55,459 nt of DNA from a virus. Lineage: Duplodnaviria > Caudoviricetes. Below the pieces are notes generated by a model. It made no database searches. It had not been told where the DNA came from and saw nothing but the letters and a program-made list of their open reading frames with translations. The position numbers and the translations under genes are program-made. The stretch lies in the IMG/VR virus record IMGVR_UViG_3300047476_000267, positions 1-55,459 of that record. The stretch is one strand, 5' to 3'. Positions 1 through 10,517 of this stretch are shown here, one piece after another; the stretch's first letter is position 1; every line of letters begins with the position of its first letter.

Positions 1-2
1 AA

Positions 3-2423
3 GGCATTTCGTACCACGAGGCTGTCTTAGTTGAATCTCCAACAGCTTTAAACGCAGTTTACGTTCAGCCAAATGGTGCTAGTAACGGTGTAGGCGCAAC
101 GCTTACCAATAATGGCGCTAATGCAGCACTTGTGATTGATGGTGTAACGCTATCCAATACAGCTCGTGTTTTAGTCTATACCCAATCAAATGCAGTGCAT
201 AACGGTGTATATACAGTTACTAATCCAGGCGCTCCTGATAGCCCAGGACCAGGTGCTCAATGGGTTTTAACTCGTGCAACTGATGCCGATACTTTTGGTT
301 TAGCTAATCCTAATACGTTGGGCGCTGGTGATGCGTTCTTTGTTCAGGACGGTGATACTGGTGCGGGCGAGACTTATGTCTGTAATACCCAAGGCACAAT
401 TACTTTTGGCTCGTCAAATATTACTTTTGCGCAGATTAGCTCCGCTCAGATTTATGCAGCTGGTACAGGCCTTAATCTTGCCAACTTAACGTTTAGTATT
501 GCTAACACAGCTGTTACGGCAGCGCAATATGGCAATGATGGTAACGTTGCTCAGATTACTGTTAATGCTCAAGGTCAGTTAACCAACGCTGCCAACGTAG
601 CAATTAATGCTTCTAGTATCACGGTAGGTACTTTGGCTAATGCTAGAACTACGGCTTCTGACGCTAATGGCGCTTCTACCATCGTATCTCGTGATACAAA
701 CGGTTCTTTTGCTGCTAACGTAATAACTGCTACAACGGTTAATGCAACCAGCGGTAACTTTACAAACATCACTGGTAATGCTGTAGCCCTAACCGACATC
801 AACGCTTCAAACATTACCAGCGGAACTATAGATAATGCCCGTACTACAAGTAATACATCTAATAGCGCCAGCACAATCGTATTGCGTGATGCCTCTGGAA
901 ACTTTGGATCTAACGTCATTACGGCTTCTTCATTTAGCGGAGACGGTACTGCTATCACGGCTATTAACGCCAGCAACATTTCGTCTGGAACTATAGCAAA
1001 CTCCCGTACTACCGCTTCGTCATCAAATGGCGCAAGCACTATTGTTCAGCGTGACGCTGGTGGTAACTTCTCGGCTAATACGATTACGGCAAATATTTCA
1101 GGTGATATTTCTGGCGGTACAAATATCAACGCCTCTAACATTACTTCGGGGACCATATCAAATGCCAGGACTACTGCTGCTTCTGCCAATGGTGCTTCCA
1201 CTATTGTGCTTCGTGATACTAACGGGTCTTTTGATGCCAACGTTGTAAACGCTACAAATCTTAGTGGTGGTGGTTTATCAATTACCTCGATTAATGCGTC
1301 AAATATTTCTGCTGGAACAATTGGTTCTGCTTATGTATCAGGCGCTTATGGAAATATAACTGGGGTTGGTACTGTTACTGCTGGTACATGGCAAGGTAAC
1401 GTTATTGCCAATTTGTACACAACGGCTAACTCATCTAATAGCGCTTCGACCATTGTTGCTCGTGATGCTGGTGGTAATTTTGCAGCTGCAACTATTACGG
1501 CTACAACTTTTAGCGGTGCTTTTTCTGGAAACGGCGCAACTATTAGCGATATTAACGCCTCAAATATCTCTAGTGGAACCATAGCTAACGCTAGAACCAC
1601 GGCAGCCACAGCTAACGGCGCAAGCACAATTGTTTTAAGAGGAACATCAGGCGAATTTAGCGCTGGTGCCATTACAGGATCATCATTTACTGGTGATGGT
1701 TCAGCTTTATCTGCTATCAACGCATCCAACTTGTCCTCTGGTACGGTTGCTTCTGCACGTGTATCTGGCTCTTATACAGGCATTACTGGAGTCGGAACTT
1801 TAACGGCTGGTACTTGGAACTCCACTGTAATAGGTGCGCAATATGGTGGCACTGGTTCTGCTAACTTAACGGCTGAAAACGTCATTCTTGGTAACGGCGC
1901 AAGTGCAGTTAAAGTAGTCGCTCCTGGAACAGCTAATAACGTTCTTACATCTAACGGCACCACTTGGGTTTCTCAAGCACCTAGCGGTGGCGGCATAGGT
2001 ATTACTGATGACAATAGTACAAACGCCACTAGATATATTTTATTTGACGATGTGACTTCTGGTAACGTAAGTAGTGTATTTGTTTCTAGCACTAAGTTAA
2101 CTTATAACCCATCTACTGGTAACTTAGTTGCTACGATTCATTATGCTTCTTCGGATGCACGGTATAAGGATGATGTAGTTGTAATCCCTAACGCTTTGGA
2201 TAAAGTTAACCAAATTCGTGGAGTTACTTATGTACGTAACGACATAGCTGATAAATCACGCCATGCTGGTGTGATTGCTCAAGAAGTTGAGGCTGTGTTG
2301 CCAGAGGTTGTCAGTACAAATAACGAAGGCTACAAATTAGTTGCTTACGACAATATGATTGGTTTACTGATTGAGGCTATTAAGGAGTTGAAGGCCGAAG
2401 TTGATGCTCTGAAAGGCAAATAA
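3..2423 (+). CDS. Tail fibre protein with C-terminal intramolecular chaperone (peptidase S74-like) domain; 5' partial
   Basis: Frame is open from the window edge. Multiple NASNIxSGT...ASTIVxRDxxGxF repeats; C-terminal SDARYKDDV...AGVIAQEVEAVLPEVV...LIEAIKELKAEVD chaperone signature. Confidence 0.85.
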   Translation, partial: GISYHEAVLVESPTALNAVYVQPNGASNGVGATLTNNGANAALVIDGVTLSNTARVLVYTQSNAVHNGVYTVTNPGAPDSPGPGAQWVLTRATDADTFGLANPNTLGAGDAFFVQDGDTGAGETYVCNTQGTITFGSSNITFAQISSAQIYAAGTGLNLANLTFSIANTAVTAAQYGNDGNVAQITVNAQGQLTNAANVAINASSITVGTLANARTTASDANGASTIVSRDTNGSFAANVITATTVNATSGNFTNITGNAVALTDINASNITSGTIDNARTTSNTSNSASTIVLRDASGNFGSNVITASSFSGDGTAITAINASNISSGTIANSRTTASSSNGASTIVQRDAGGNFSANTITANISGDISGGTNINASNITSGTISNARTTAASANGASTIVLRDTNGSFDANVVNATNLSGGGLSITSINASNISAGTIGSAYVSGAYGNITGVGTVTAGTWQGNVIANLYTTANSSNSASTIVARDAGGNFAAATITATTFSGAFSGNGATISDINASNISSGTIANARTTAATANGASTIVLRGTSGEFSAGAITGSSFTGDGSALSAINASNLSSGTVASARVSGSYTGITGVGTLTAGTWNSTVIGAQYGGTGSANLTAENVILGNGASAVKVVAPGTANNVLTSNGTTWVSQAPSGGGIGITDDNSTNATRYILFDDVTSGNVSSVFVSSTKLTYNPSTGNLVATIHYASSDARYKDDVVVIPNALDKVNQIRGVTYVRNDIADKSRHAGVIAQEVEAVLPEVVSTNNEGYKLVAYDNMIGLLIEAIKELKAEVDALKGK

Positions 2424-3061
2424 TGTTTGGTGGCTTTCCCTACGGCGGTGCCCCGTTTGCTGATGTAGGCGATACAAGCCTTGGTATTGCAGTTCAGATT
2501 ACTGGTGTGTCTGCTGTAGGCGTAGTTGGTACAGTTGACGTTAGAACTCAACAGATATTAGACGTAACGGGTGTAAATGCTGTTGGTCAGGTTGGTACTG
2601 TAACGGTTGTAGCACCAGCTAATACTGATGTAACGGGTGTATATAGCCCTGTAGTAGATGGTACGGTTACTGTTATTGCCAATTCAGTTATCGATCTTAC
2701 TGGCTTTGCCGTACCAGCTTTGGTGGGTAACGTAACTGCAAGTGGTAGTACAGAAAATAATGTTACAGGCTTTGCGGTCCCAACGCTGCTAGGTCAAATA
2801 TCATTAGTAACTGATAACTTTATTGATGTTACTGGTTTTGGAATACCTACTTTACTTGGCAACGTAGAGGCTGGCGGTACTAGCTCTATTGATGTAACTG
2901 GCGTATCTGCTATTGGTGTAGTTGGTACGGTAGACGCCCAGGCAAACTCTGTGGTTAATTTGACTGGCGTTAGAACCGTTGTTAGACTTAAAAAGCAAAA
3001 TGTATGGGGTCTGGTAGATACTGCGCAGACGCCTAATTGGACAGAAGTTTTGGCGGCATAA
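2423..3061 (+). CDS. Virion structural protein with V/T/G-rich repeats
   Basis: Repeated VTGVxAVGxVGxV units; tail module; TAATG coupling. Confidence 0.6.
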   Translation: MFGGFPYGGAPFADVGDTSLGIAVQITGVSAVGVVGTVDVRTQQILDVTGVNAVGQVGTVTVVAPANTDVTGVYSPVVDGTVTVIANSVIDLTGFAVPALVGNVTASGSTENNVTGFAVPTLLGQISLVTDNFIDVTGFGIPTLLGNVEAGGTSSIDVTGVSAIGVVGTVDAQANSVVNLTGVRTVVRLKKQNVWGLVDTAQTPNWTEVLAA

Positions 3062-3070
3062 GGGTAAATT

Positions 3071-3853
3071 ATGGCAAGTACATACTCAACTAGTTTAAAG
3101 CTAACCCTAATTGGGGATGGCGATCAATCGGGTATTTGGGGTCAAACAACCAATACAAACCTGGGAACTTTGCTTGAACAGGCTATTACAGGTGTGCAGT
3201 CTATTGTCATGGCTGATGCCAACTACACGCTTACTAACTTTAACGGTGTAACGGACGAAGCAAGAAATGCTGTTTTGGTAGTAACTGGAGTCAATAATGC
3301 TCAACGTGACCTGATTCCTCCATTAGTTAAAAAACTGTACACCGTTGTCAATAACACCACGGGTGGCTATGGAATTAGAGTTATTGGATCATCAGGCACA
3401 GGCGTTACTGTTCCTAATGGTGCAACCTGTCTTGTTTATTGTGATGGGATAAATTTCTATAGTGGTTTGTCTGGCACTGCGGGTAACTTTACAGTAAACG
3501 GAACAATGACTGCCACCACCGCAAACGCAACCACGTTTAACGGAACAACTGGCGCATTTACCAATATATCAGGCAATGGCGTAGCTATTACAGCTATTAA
3601 TGCGTCAAACATAACCTCTGGCACTGTAGCTACGGCTCGTTTAGGATCTGGTACAGCCAATGCCGCAACATTTTTGCGGGGAGATCAGACATACGCTGTG
3701 CCAACTGTAAATATCCTGAGCACGACTAATTTTACAATTCAACAAGTTGGAAGCGACTTAGTATTTCAATACAATGGTGCTAATGTAGCGGTAATGAATT
3801 CAGGTGGTAATTTAACTTCAGCTGGTCAGTTTGTTGCTGGCGGCACTGTTTAA
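3071..3853 (+). CDS. Tail/tail-fibre associated protein
   Basis: MASTYSTSLKL...GxWGQTTNTNL N-terminus typical of phage tail proteins; carries one copy of the tail-fibre AINASNITSGT repeat. Confidence 0.65.
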   Translation: MASTYSTSLKLTLIGDGDQSGIWGQTTNTNLGTLLEQAITGVQSIVMADANYTLTNFNGVTDEARNAVLVVTGVNNAQRDLIPPLVKKLYTVVNNTTGGYGIRVIGSSGTGVTVPNGATCLVYCDGINFYSGLSGTAGNFTVNGTMTATTANATTFNGTTGAFTNISGNGVAITAINASNITSGTVATARLGSGTANAATFLRGDQTYAVPTVNILSTTNFTIQQVGSDLVFQYNGANVAVMNSGGNLTSAGQFVAGGTV

Positions 3854-3867
3854 TTTAGGAGGATACT

Positions 3868-4503
3868 ATGCCAACAACCGTAGGCGGAACAACTATAACG
3901 TTTAATGACTCAACCAACCAAGGCTCTGCTTGGGTTGGAGCAAGAAATCAAATATTTACTGGTAACGGTACTTTTACTATTCCTACAGGGGTAACAGCCA
4001 TTAAAGCAACTGTTATTGGCGCTGGTGGTGGCGCTAACAGTGGCGTTGACCAAGAGGGTAGCGGTAACGGAGGTGGCGGTGGAGGCACTGCGGTTAAATT
4101 TTTATCTGGCTTAACCTCTGGAGCAACACTTACCGTTACAGTTGGTGGTGGAAGCACTGGCACTGGTGGAGCAAGTTCTCTGGCCTCTGGTAATCAATCC
4201 ATTACTACAGTTACCGCAAACGGTGGTACAGCGGGTAGTTTTAACACTGGTTCAAATCCAGGGAACGCATCAAACGGCGACTTTAATATGAGAGCTATCA
4301 CATATGGTGGTGGGTCTCAAATAGGTGGTGTTCCTTTTGGGCAATATAGTTGTATACCAACTAGTAACCCAGCTAACCGAGGAACAGCAAACGGGGCTGT
4401 CCCAGGCGGTGGCGCTGGTGGAGTTAACGCTGGTTTAGAGGGTGATGGACCACAAAACGCAAGTGCCACCAGCGGTGCTGGTCGTGTAATTATTGAATGG
4501 TAA
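3868..4503 (+). CDS. Glycine-rich tail-associated protein
   Basis: GTFTIPTGVTAIKATVIGAGGG...GAGRVIIEW pattern; AGGAGG RBS. Confidence 0.65.
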   Translation: MPTTVGGTTITFNDSTNQGSAWVGARNQIFTGNGTFTIPTGVTAIKATVIGAGGGANSGVDQEGSGNGGGGGGTAVKFLSGLTSGATLTVTVGGGSTGTGGASSLASGNQSITTVTANGGTAGSFNTGSNPGNASNGDFNMRAITYGGGSQIGGVPFGQYSCIPTSNPANRGTANGAVPGGGAGGVNAGLEGDGPQNASATSGAGRVIIEW

Positions 4504-4512
4504 GGATAAAAA

Positions 4513-4794
4513 ATGGAGCAAAACTATCTTTTAATTAATAAACAGACAAATGTTGTAGATAACGTTTGTATATGGGATGGTGATGACGAGGGTTGGATGC
4601 CTCCTCCTGAGTACTTGCCTCTTGTACAAGCAACAACACCAGCAAAAATATGGATTTGTAAAAAAGATCCTGTCACTAAAGTTGTATCTTATGACTTAGA
4701 AACTGTTGAAGGCGCTGGTCAAATTGGGTTTACTTGGGATGGATCTGTGTTAACAACCAACGAACCACAACCTGTACCACCAACAGCAAAATGA
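4513..4794 (+). CDS. Hypothetical protein (tail fibre assembly-like)
   Basis: RBS; NVVDNVCIWDG and IGFTWDG motifs; follows the Gly-rich gene. Confidence 0.5.
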   Translation: MEQNYLLINKQTNVVDNVCIWDGDDEGWMPPPEYLPLVQATTPAKIWICKKDPVTKVVSYDLETVEGAGQIGFTWDGSVLTTNEPQPVPPTAK

Positions 4795-5276
4795 CTTATG
4801 AAGTAAGAGACAATTTTTTAGATAAAACCATTTTTGATGGGATTGCTCAGTCTATAGAAGATAAAGACTTCCCATGGTATTTTTTAGAAAATATTGGGTT
4901 TTCAAATGATAAAAGTGATGTTGGGTTTATACATTTGCTGTATATGCACTATACGCCAAATAGTCCGCTTTTTGTACCAATAATGAGCCCTATTATTGAA
5001 CTTGTTAATCCTAATGCAATTATTCGTTGTAGGGTTAGTAGTTATTTAAAAGGTAAAGAGTTAATTGAGCACCAATCTCATGTGGATTACTCTTTCCCAC
5101 ATAAAGTTTTTATGCTTTACATTAACACCAACAATGGTTATACAACGTTTGAAGATGGTACTAAAGTAAATTGTGTTGCTAATCGAGCAGTATTTTTTGA
5201 TGGAAGTAAACCGCATCACAGCTCAAATTGCACTGACCAAAATAGACGATTTGTTTTAACGATGAACTACTTTTAA
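4791..5276 (+). CDS. 2OG-Fe(II) oxygenase-like protein
   Basis: HVD...YINTNNGYT...NRAVFFDG..PH.S...RFVLTMNY; ATGA overlap fixes the start at 4791. Confidence 0.7.
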   Translation: MTYEVRDNFLDKTIFDGIAQSIEDKDFPWYFLENIGFSNDKSDVGFIHLLYMHYTPNSPLFVPIMSPIIELVNPNAIIRCRVSSYLKGKELIEHQSHVDYSFPHKVFMLYINTNNGYTTFEDGTKVNCVANRAVFFDGSKPHHSSNCTDQNRRFVLTMNYF

Positions 5277-5280
5277 TACT

Positions 5281-5856
5281 ATGAATAACGACTTTATTGG
5301 TATCTACCCGAACGCCTTTTCAAAGGAGTTTTGTCAAAATGTTATTCAATATTTTGAAGATATGGAGTCTGGTGGGTTTACCTTTAATAGGCAAGAATTT
5401 GAGTCTGCGAGCAAAATGAAGAAAGATGACGAAGCAATTTTTCTTTCTGAGTTTGAGCAAATTAAATTAACAAGCAAGCCAATGGCTAAAGAGTTTCATA
5501 AAGTATTTTGGGAAGATTGTTACAGGCAATACGCAGAAAACTATTCAATTTTAAATAGTTGTGCTCATCACAATATATATGAAATAAAGTTGCAAAAAAC
5601 CCAAATTGGTGGTGGCTTCCATGATTGGCATGCCGAAGCTATGGATCGTTCGACCTCAAGTCGTTTATTGGTTTGGACTGTATACCTTAACGATGTTCAA
5701 GAAGGTGGCGAAACTGAATTTCTGTACCAGCATAAACGGGTTAAACCAGAGGCTGGCACATGCTTGATTTGGCCCGCTGCGTTTACACATACACATCGTG
5801 GTAATCCACCAATATCAAACGAAAAGTATATTTTAACTGGTTGGGTAGATTTTTAA
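5281..5856 (+). CDS. 2OG-Fe(II) oxygenase (prolyl-4-hydroxylase-like)
   Basis: WHAE, YLNDVQEGGETEF, THTHRG, KYILTGW motifs. Confidence 0.85.
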   Translation: MNNDFIGIYPNAFSKEFCQNVIQYFEDMESGGFTFNRQEFESASKMKKDDEAIFLSEFEQIKLTSKPMAKEFHKVFWEDCYRQYAENYSILNSCAHHNIYEIKLQKTQIGGGFHDWHAEAMDRSTSSRLLVWTVYLNDVQEGGETEFLYQHKRVKPEAGTCLIWPAAFTHTHRGNPPISNEKYILTGWVDF

Positions 5857-5865
5857 GGAGCCAAT

Positions 5866-6075
5866 ATGATTAAAACTATTCAAGACTCAATGGATGGTGG
5901 CGAATTTAAACCACGCCATACTGTAGAAATCTATTGCCCTAACTGTGGGCGTGACGTAGACGAAGCCGAGCTTGCTGCCAAAAAATGCAACGACTGCGGA
6001 GATCCGCTTGAAGATCCAGAGCAACATGTAGCGATTGTGGTTGCCAATATGTCGTTTGGGGGGAGCACACTATGA
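5866..6075 (+). CDS. Small zinc-ribbon protein
   Basis: CPNC and CNDC pairs; AAGGAG RBS. Confidence 0.6.
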   Translation: MIKTIQDSMDGGEFKPRHTVEIYCPNCGRDVDEAELAAKKCNDCGDPLEDPEQHVAIVVANMSFGGSTL

Positions 6076-6425
6076 ACGAGCACGAGTCAGCAAAAGAAGT
6101 CGCTGGTAAAGCAATTGGTCGGCACGGATTAATTTATATCACCATCATCGTAGCGATGGGTGTTGGTGCGTCTATAGTTCTTGAAGAGTCCAAGATGGCT
6201 GCGGTTATGGGTCTACTTGGAGCATCGTTGACTGCCCTAATTTCTATGATGAACGGCGTAGCTGGCGCATCACCTAAGCAAGAAAAGCCTGAATTTGAGA
6301 TTATGAAAGAGCTTATTGCTCGTTTAGATAAGATGGCAGATCGTGACCCAGTGAGCGTTGCGGTAGATGGGGATAAGGTGCTAGTCCGAAAGGGCGACAA
6401 CGAAACAGCAATCGGGAGATCATAA
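6072..6425 (+). CDS. Two-TM membrane protein in the lysis module
   Basis: Two hydrophobic segments; directly upstream of holin and endolysin. Confidence 0.55.
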   Translation: MNEHESAKEVAGKAIGRHGLIYITIIVAMGVGASIVLEESKMAAVMGLLGASLTALISMMNGVAGASPKQEKPEFEIMKELIARLDKMADRDPVSVAVDGDKVLVRKGDNETAIGRS

Positions 6426-6835
6426 TGTTTCCATTAACTGCATTAGTTGATGTTGGGATGAAAGTCCTAGACAAGTTTATTCCTGACCCAGAAGCCAAGG
6501 CAAAAGCCCAAGCCGAGCTACTTAAGATGCAGCAAGAAGGCAGACTGGCTGAGCTCAATGCCGACAATATTGAAGCTCAAGAACTGACTAAACGCCAGCA
6601 GTCGGATATGGCATCGGATTCTTGGTTGTCTAAAAACATCCGCCCAATGACTTTAATCTTCATTCTTGGTGCTTACTTCGTGTTTGCCATGATGAGTGCC
6701 TTTGGATCCAACGCCAACGAGAAGTATGTTGAGTTGCTTGGTCAGTGGGGGATGTTGATTATGAGCTTTTACTTTGGTGGTCGTACCCTTGAGAAGATCA
6801 TGGATATGAAGTCAAAGGAAAAGAAAGATGCTTGA
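6425..6835 (+). CDS. Putative holin (3TM, GTA-type)
   Basis: DKFIPDP, SDSWLSKNIRP, FYFGGRTLEK motifs; adjacent to endolysin. Confidence 0.75.
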   Translation: MFPLTALVDVGMKVLDKFIPDPEAKAKAQAELLKMQQEGRLAELNADNIEAQELTKRQQSDMASDSWLSKNIRPMTLIFILGAYFVFAMMSAFGSNANEKYVELLGQWGMLIMSFYFGGRTLEKIMDMKSKEKKDA

Positions 6836-7421
6836 ATCCCAGTTGCTTGCCCTTGGTATAGAAGGAAAGTGGCTTGAACCTCTTAAGGAAACTTTTGAGA
6901 AATACGGCATAGACACCACTAAACGTCAGGCTGCATTTATAGGTCAGTGCATGCACGAGTCTGGTGGGTTTAAGCTGTTACAGGAAAACCTTAATTACAG
7001 TGCAAAAGCGCTAATGGCTACTTGGCCCAGCCGATTCCCTACCGAAGAAATAGCCAACGAGTATGCTCGCCAGCCTGAAAAGATTGCCAATAAAGTATAT
7101 GGCGGTCGGATGGGTAACGATGTTGAAAGCTCTGGAGAGGGCTGGAAGTACAGGGGAAGGGGTATAAAACAGCTGACTGGCAAGGAAAACTATGAGCGAT
7201 GCGGATCTGGTTTGGGTGTGGATCTTGTCAGTAATCCTGATTTGCTGTTGGATCCTAAATATGCGGCTTTAAGCGCTGGCTGGTTTTGGAATAAACATAA
7301 TCTCAATGACTTGGCAGATAAGGGAGATATTGAGACAATGACGAAAAGGATCAATGGCGGTTTGCTTGGGTTGGATGCCAGAAAAGCTGCTATTGCTAAA
7401 GCTGAGTCAGTATTAGGGTAA
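6828..7421 (+). CDS. Endolysin, glycoside hydrolase family 19
   Basis: AAFIGQCMHESGGF, ENLNYS, YRGRGIKQLTGKENY, TKRINGG motifs. Confidence 0.92.
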   Translation: MLESQLLALGIEGKWLEPLKETFEKYGIDTTKRQAAFIGQCMHESGGFKLLQENLNYSAKALMATWPSRFPTEEIANEYARQPEKIANKVYGGRMGNDVESSGEGWKYRGRGIKQLTGKENYERCGSGLGVDLVSNPDLLLDPKYAALSAGWFWNKHNLNDLADKGDIETMTKRINGGLLGLDARKAAIAKAESVLG

Positions 7422-7424
7422 ACC

Positions 7425-9602
7425 ATGCCATTACAGAAACTACAATTTCGACCAGGATTAAACCGAGAGGGTACTGACTACTCCAACGAGGGCGGTTGGT
7501 ATGACGGAGATAAGATTCGCTTTCGCTCAGGCTTTCCTGAAAAGATTGGTGGATGGACCCGTATGGCTACTGCTCAGTTCTTGGGTTTGGCTCGGTCTTT
7601 GTGGAACTGGGTGGCTCTTAATGGCTCTAACTACCTAGGGGTTGGCACTAACCTCAAATACTATATTGAGCAAGGCGGCACTTACTTTGACATTACCCCA
7701 GTTGTTCATACCTCTACTAACGTAGGCGGTGCATTTATTGCATCCAATGGTTCAAATGTCGTCACTGTTATAGATGGTGGGTATTCGCCAAATGCTGGTG
7801 ACTATTTGACTATATCTGGCGCAGCCAGCCTTGGTGGTAACGTAACAGCAACTGTATTAAATAAAGAGTTTGCAGTTAATTCTGTTGTAAATTCAACAGC
7901 TTATACAATCATAGTATCAGTAAACGCAAATGGCTCTGATACTGGTAATGGTGGCGCTCTTACCAATATCGCCTACCAACAGCCTACAGGTCTTAATGTA
8001 TATAGCATTGGTACTGGCTGGGGCGCTGGACCTTGGCCTGTGAATGGTGTAGTAACTGCGCTTACAAATCCATTCACCACAACAAATGGTAGCAATGTAG
8101 TAACAGTGACACACACTGGGCATGGTCTATCTAACGGCAACGCAGTCATATTTTCAAATGCCTCTGCCACAGGCGGTATCTCCGCTGTTTTGCTAAATAC
8201 TCTTTTCTACCCAACGGTTGCTAATGCAAACGCATACACTGTAACCGTTCAGGCTAATGCTACCTCTAACGTAACTGGTGGGGGTAACGTAGTTGTTTAT
8301 GCTGAGACTGGCACAAGGGGGTGGGGAGAGGCGTTTTCTGGACAAGGAATTGGTCAGCAGCTACGCCTCTGGACAAATGACAACTACGGTCAAGATCTAG
8401 TTATTGCTCCTCGTGGTGGTTCTGTGTTCTATTGGAAGGCATCTTTAGGGACTCAGACTCGTGCCCAACCATTATCAACTTTGTCTACCAATGAAGGATT
8501 TGATGGAACCAGGGTTCCAACTTCTACACTTCAAGTAATTGCTTCGGCTATTCAGCGATTTGTTATCTGTTTTGGCGCCAACCCATACGATCCAATAACA
8601 GCAGCGACAACGTTTGATCCAATGCTGGTGCGCTGGTCAGACCAAGAAAACCCATATGAATGGGTGCCAGCAGTAACTAATCAGTCAGGCGAATTTAGGC
8701 TTTCTAACGGCTCGTACATTATGACGGCTGAGGCTACTCGCCAAGAGATATTGGTTTGGACTGATTCAGCTATTTATTCGATGCAGTACTTAGGACCGCC
8801 CTATGTTTGGGGATTCCAAATCCTGATGGATAACATTTCCATAATGTCACCAAACGCTTCAATTACAGTAAACAACGTCACCTACTGGATGGGTGTGGAT
8901 AAGTTTTATATCTATTCTGGTCGTGTAGAGACTTTGCCTTGTGCGTTGCGTCAATATATCTTTACTGACATCAACAAAGATCAGGCGTTCCAAGTATTTG
9001 CTGGTGGTAATGAGGGATACAACGAAGTCTGGTGGTTCTATTGCTCTCAAGGTAGCAACACTGTGGATAAATACGTAATCTATAACTATCTAGAGCGCAC
9101 TTGGGCATATGGATCTATGGCTCGTACTGCGTGGCTAGATTCTGGTATTCGCCCATATCCTATGGCTGCCGATTACAACAATCGTATTTTGTTCCACGAG
9201 TCAGCAGTAGATGATGTGGCTGGTGAGACTCCAGTGCCAATTGTTTCGTATGTACAGTCTTCTGACTTTGACATTGGCGATGGGCACAACTTTGGCTTTG
9301 TCTGGCGTATTCTCCCAGACGTTAACTTCAATGGCTCAAATACCAACAATCCGTATGTGACCATGCAAGTTAAGCCTCGTAGGAACTCAGGAACGCCTTA
9401 TGGCGCAGCTGATAGCCCAGAGGTTATTAGTGCTGATAACTTTACTAATGATCCTGTATATACGGTGCAAGAGTTTACTGGTCAGGTTTACACCCGTCTT
9501 CGTGGTCGGCAGATGGCATTTAGAATTACCTCGGATTCATTAGGCGTATCATGGCAGTTAGGTAGCCCACGGATTGATATTCGTAATGACGGAAGACGTT
9601 AA
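7425..9602 (+). CDS. Tail hub/head-closure protein (P22 gp10-like position)
   Basis: GWYDGDKIRFRSGFPEKIGGW start, VRWSDQE, EVWWFY, RLRGRQ motifs; precedes ejection genes. Confidence 0.65.
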   Translation: MPLQKLQFRPGLNREGTDYSNEGGWYDGDKIRFRSGFPEKIGGWTRMATAQFLGLARSLWNWVALNGSNYLGVGTNLKYYIEQGGTYFDITPVVHTSTNVGGAFIASNGSNVVTVIDGGYSPNAGDYLTISGAASLGGNVTATVLNKEFAVNSVVNSTAYTIIVSVNANGSDTGNGGALTNIAYQQPTGLNVYSIGTGWGAGPWPVNGVVTALTNPFTTTNGSNVVTVTHTGHGLSNGNAVIFSNASATGGISAVLLNTLFYPTVANANAYTVTVQANATSNVTGGGNVVVYAETGTRGWGEAFSGQGIGQQLRLWTNDNYGQDLVIAPRGGSVFYWKASLGTQTRAQPLSTLSTNEGFDGTRVPTSTLQVIASAIQRFVICFGANPYDPITAATTFDPMLVRWSDQENPYEWVPAVTNQSGEFRLSNGSYIMTAEATRQEILVWTDSAIYSMQYLGPPYVWGFQILMDNISIMSPNASITVNNVTYWMGVDKFYIYSGRVETLPCALRQYIFTDINKDQAFQVFAGGNEGYNEVWWFYCSQGSNTVDKYVIYNYLERTWAYGSMARTAWLDSGIRPYPMAADYNNRILFHESAVDDVAGETPVPIVSYVQSSDFDIGDGHNFGFVWRILPDVNFNGSNTNNPYVTMQVKPRRNSGTPYGAADSPEVISADNFTNDPVYTVQEFTGQVYTRLRGRQMAFRITSDSLGVSWQLGSPRIDIRNDGRR

Positions 9603-10480
9603 TGGCTGTCAACCCGCAGATCAAGACGCTAGATCTTAGACCGCCCAAGGCGCCTAACTTACTAATTGCGCCCGTTGCTTACAGTCAGTTATATCAAGAC
9701 CAGCTTTTAAACGCTCTGCGTCTGTACTTTAACCAGATCGATAACTTTGCCCAGCCATTTAGCTCTAATACGGGCGGTGGCTTTTTAAAGTTCCCAAACG
9801 GTGCGTTTTCTCAAGATGGCTATACAACCTTAACTAACGCTATACCTAACAGCTCTTCAACCGCAGATATTGTTGTAGCATCAACCGCTAACTTTGCGTC
9901 TGCTGGTGCCATTATTATTGAAGAAGAGTTGGTTACTTATACAGGCAAGACAGCTACTTCGTTTACAGGAATTACTCGATCACAGTATGGTTCTAGTGGC
10001 TCCTCGCATTCCGCTGGAGTTTATGTTTCAGAAGCTCAAGGGGTAGCATCTGCAAGTACGGCTTTAGCTATTCCATTTGATACGACAGATGCTAGTAATC
10101 AAGTAGCTCTTGACCCTCTTGATAACACCAAAGTTGTTTTTACCACGGCTGGATACTACAACATTCAATTTAGTGTTCAGCTTATAAATGCAACAAGTTC
10201 AGTAGACAACGTAGTTCTTTGGTTTAGAAAGAACACTAACGATATACCGCAAACAGGCGGTGTCGTGTCAATTCCATCAAAACACGCTGGCGGTATAGGT
10301 GCTGCAATTATCTCTTGGAACTTAGTGGTGGAGGTAAATGCTGGGGATAATATCCAATTAATGATGGCTTCAAACTCAGGAAATACGGTAGCAGCAACCT
10401 ACCCCCCTGGAACAGCGCCAGTGCATCCAGCTTCTCCATCTGTAATCCTTACCGCAACGTTTGTATCTGCGCTCTACTAA
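9602..10480 (+). CDS. Virion structural/tail protein
   Basis: LRLYFNQID N-terminus; GYYNIQFSVQL beta-sandwich C-terminus. Confidence 0.55.
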   Translation: MAVNPQIKTLDLRPPKAPNLLIAPVAYSQLYQDQLLNALRLYFNQIDNFAQPFSSNTGGGFLKFPNGAFSQDGYTTLTNAIPNSSSTADIVVASTANFASAGAIIIEEELVTYTGKTATSFTGITRSQYGSSGSSHSAGVYVSEAQGVASASTALAIPFDTTDASNQVALDPLDNTKVVFTTAGYYNIQFSVQLINATSSVDNVVLWFRKNTNDIPQTGGVVSIPSKHAGGIGAAIISWNLVVEVNAGDNIQLMMASNSGNTVAATYPPGTAPVHPASPSVILTATFVSALY

Positions 10481-10489
10481 TGATAAACT
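10461..10489 (+). promoter_or_regulatory. Candidate sigma70 promoter
   Basis: TTGTAT-17 bp-TAAACT with extended TG, upstream of the 10518 start. Confidence 0.4.
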
Positions 10490-10517
10490 TCAACCAAATC
10501 AACCCCGTGAGGCTTAT

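Noticed and set aside
575-1963. Minus-strand ORFs opposite the tail fibre
   Set aside because: Antisense shadows of a repetitive coding region
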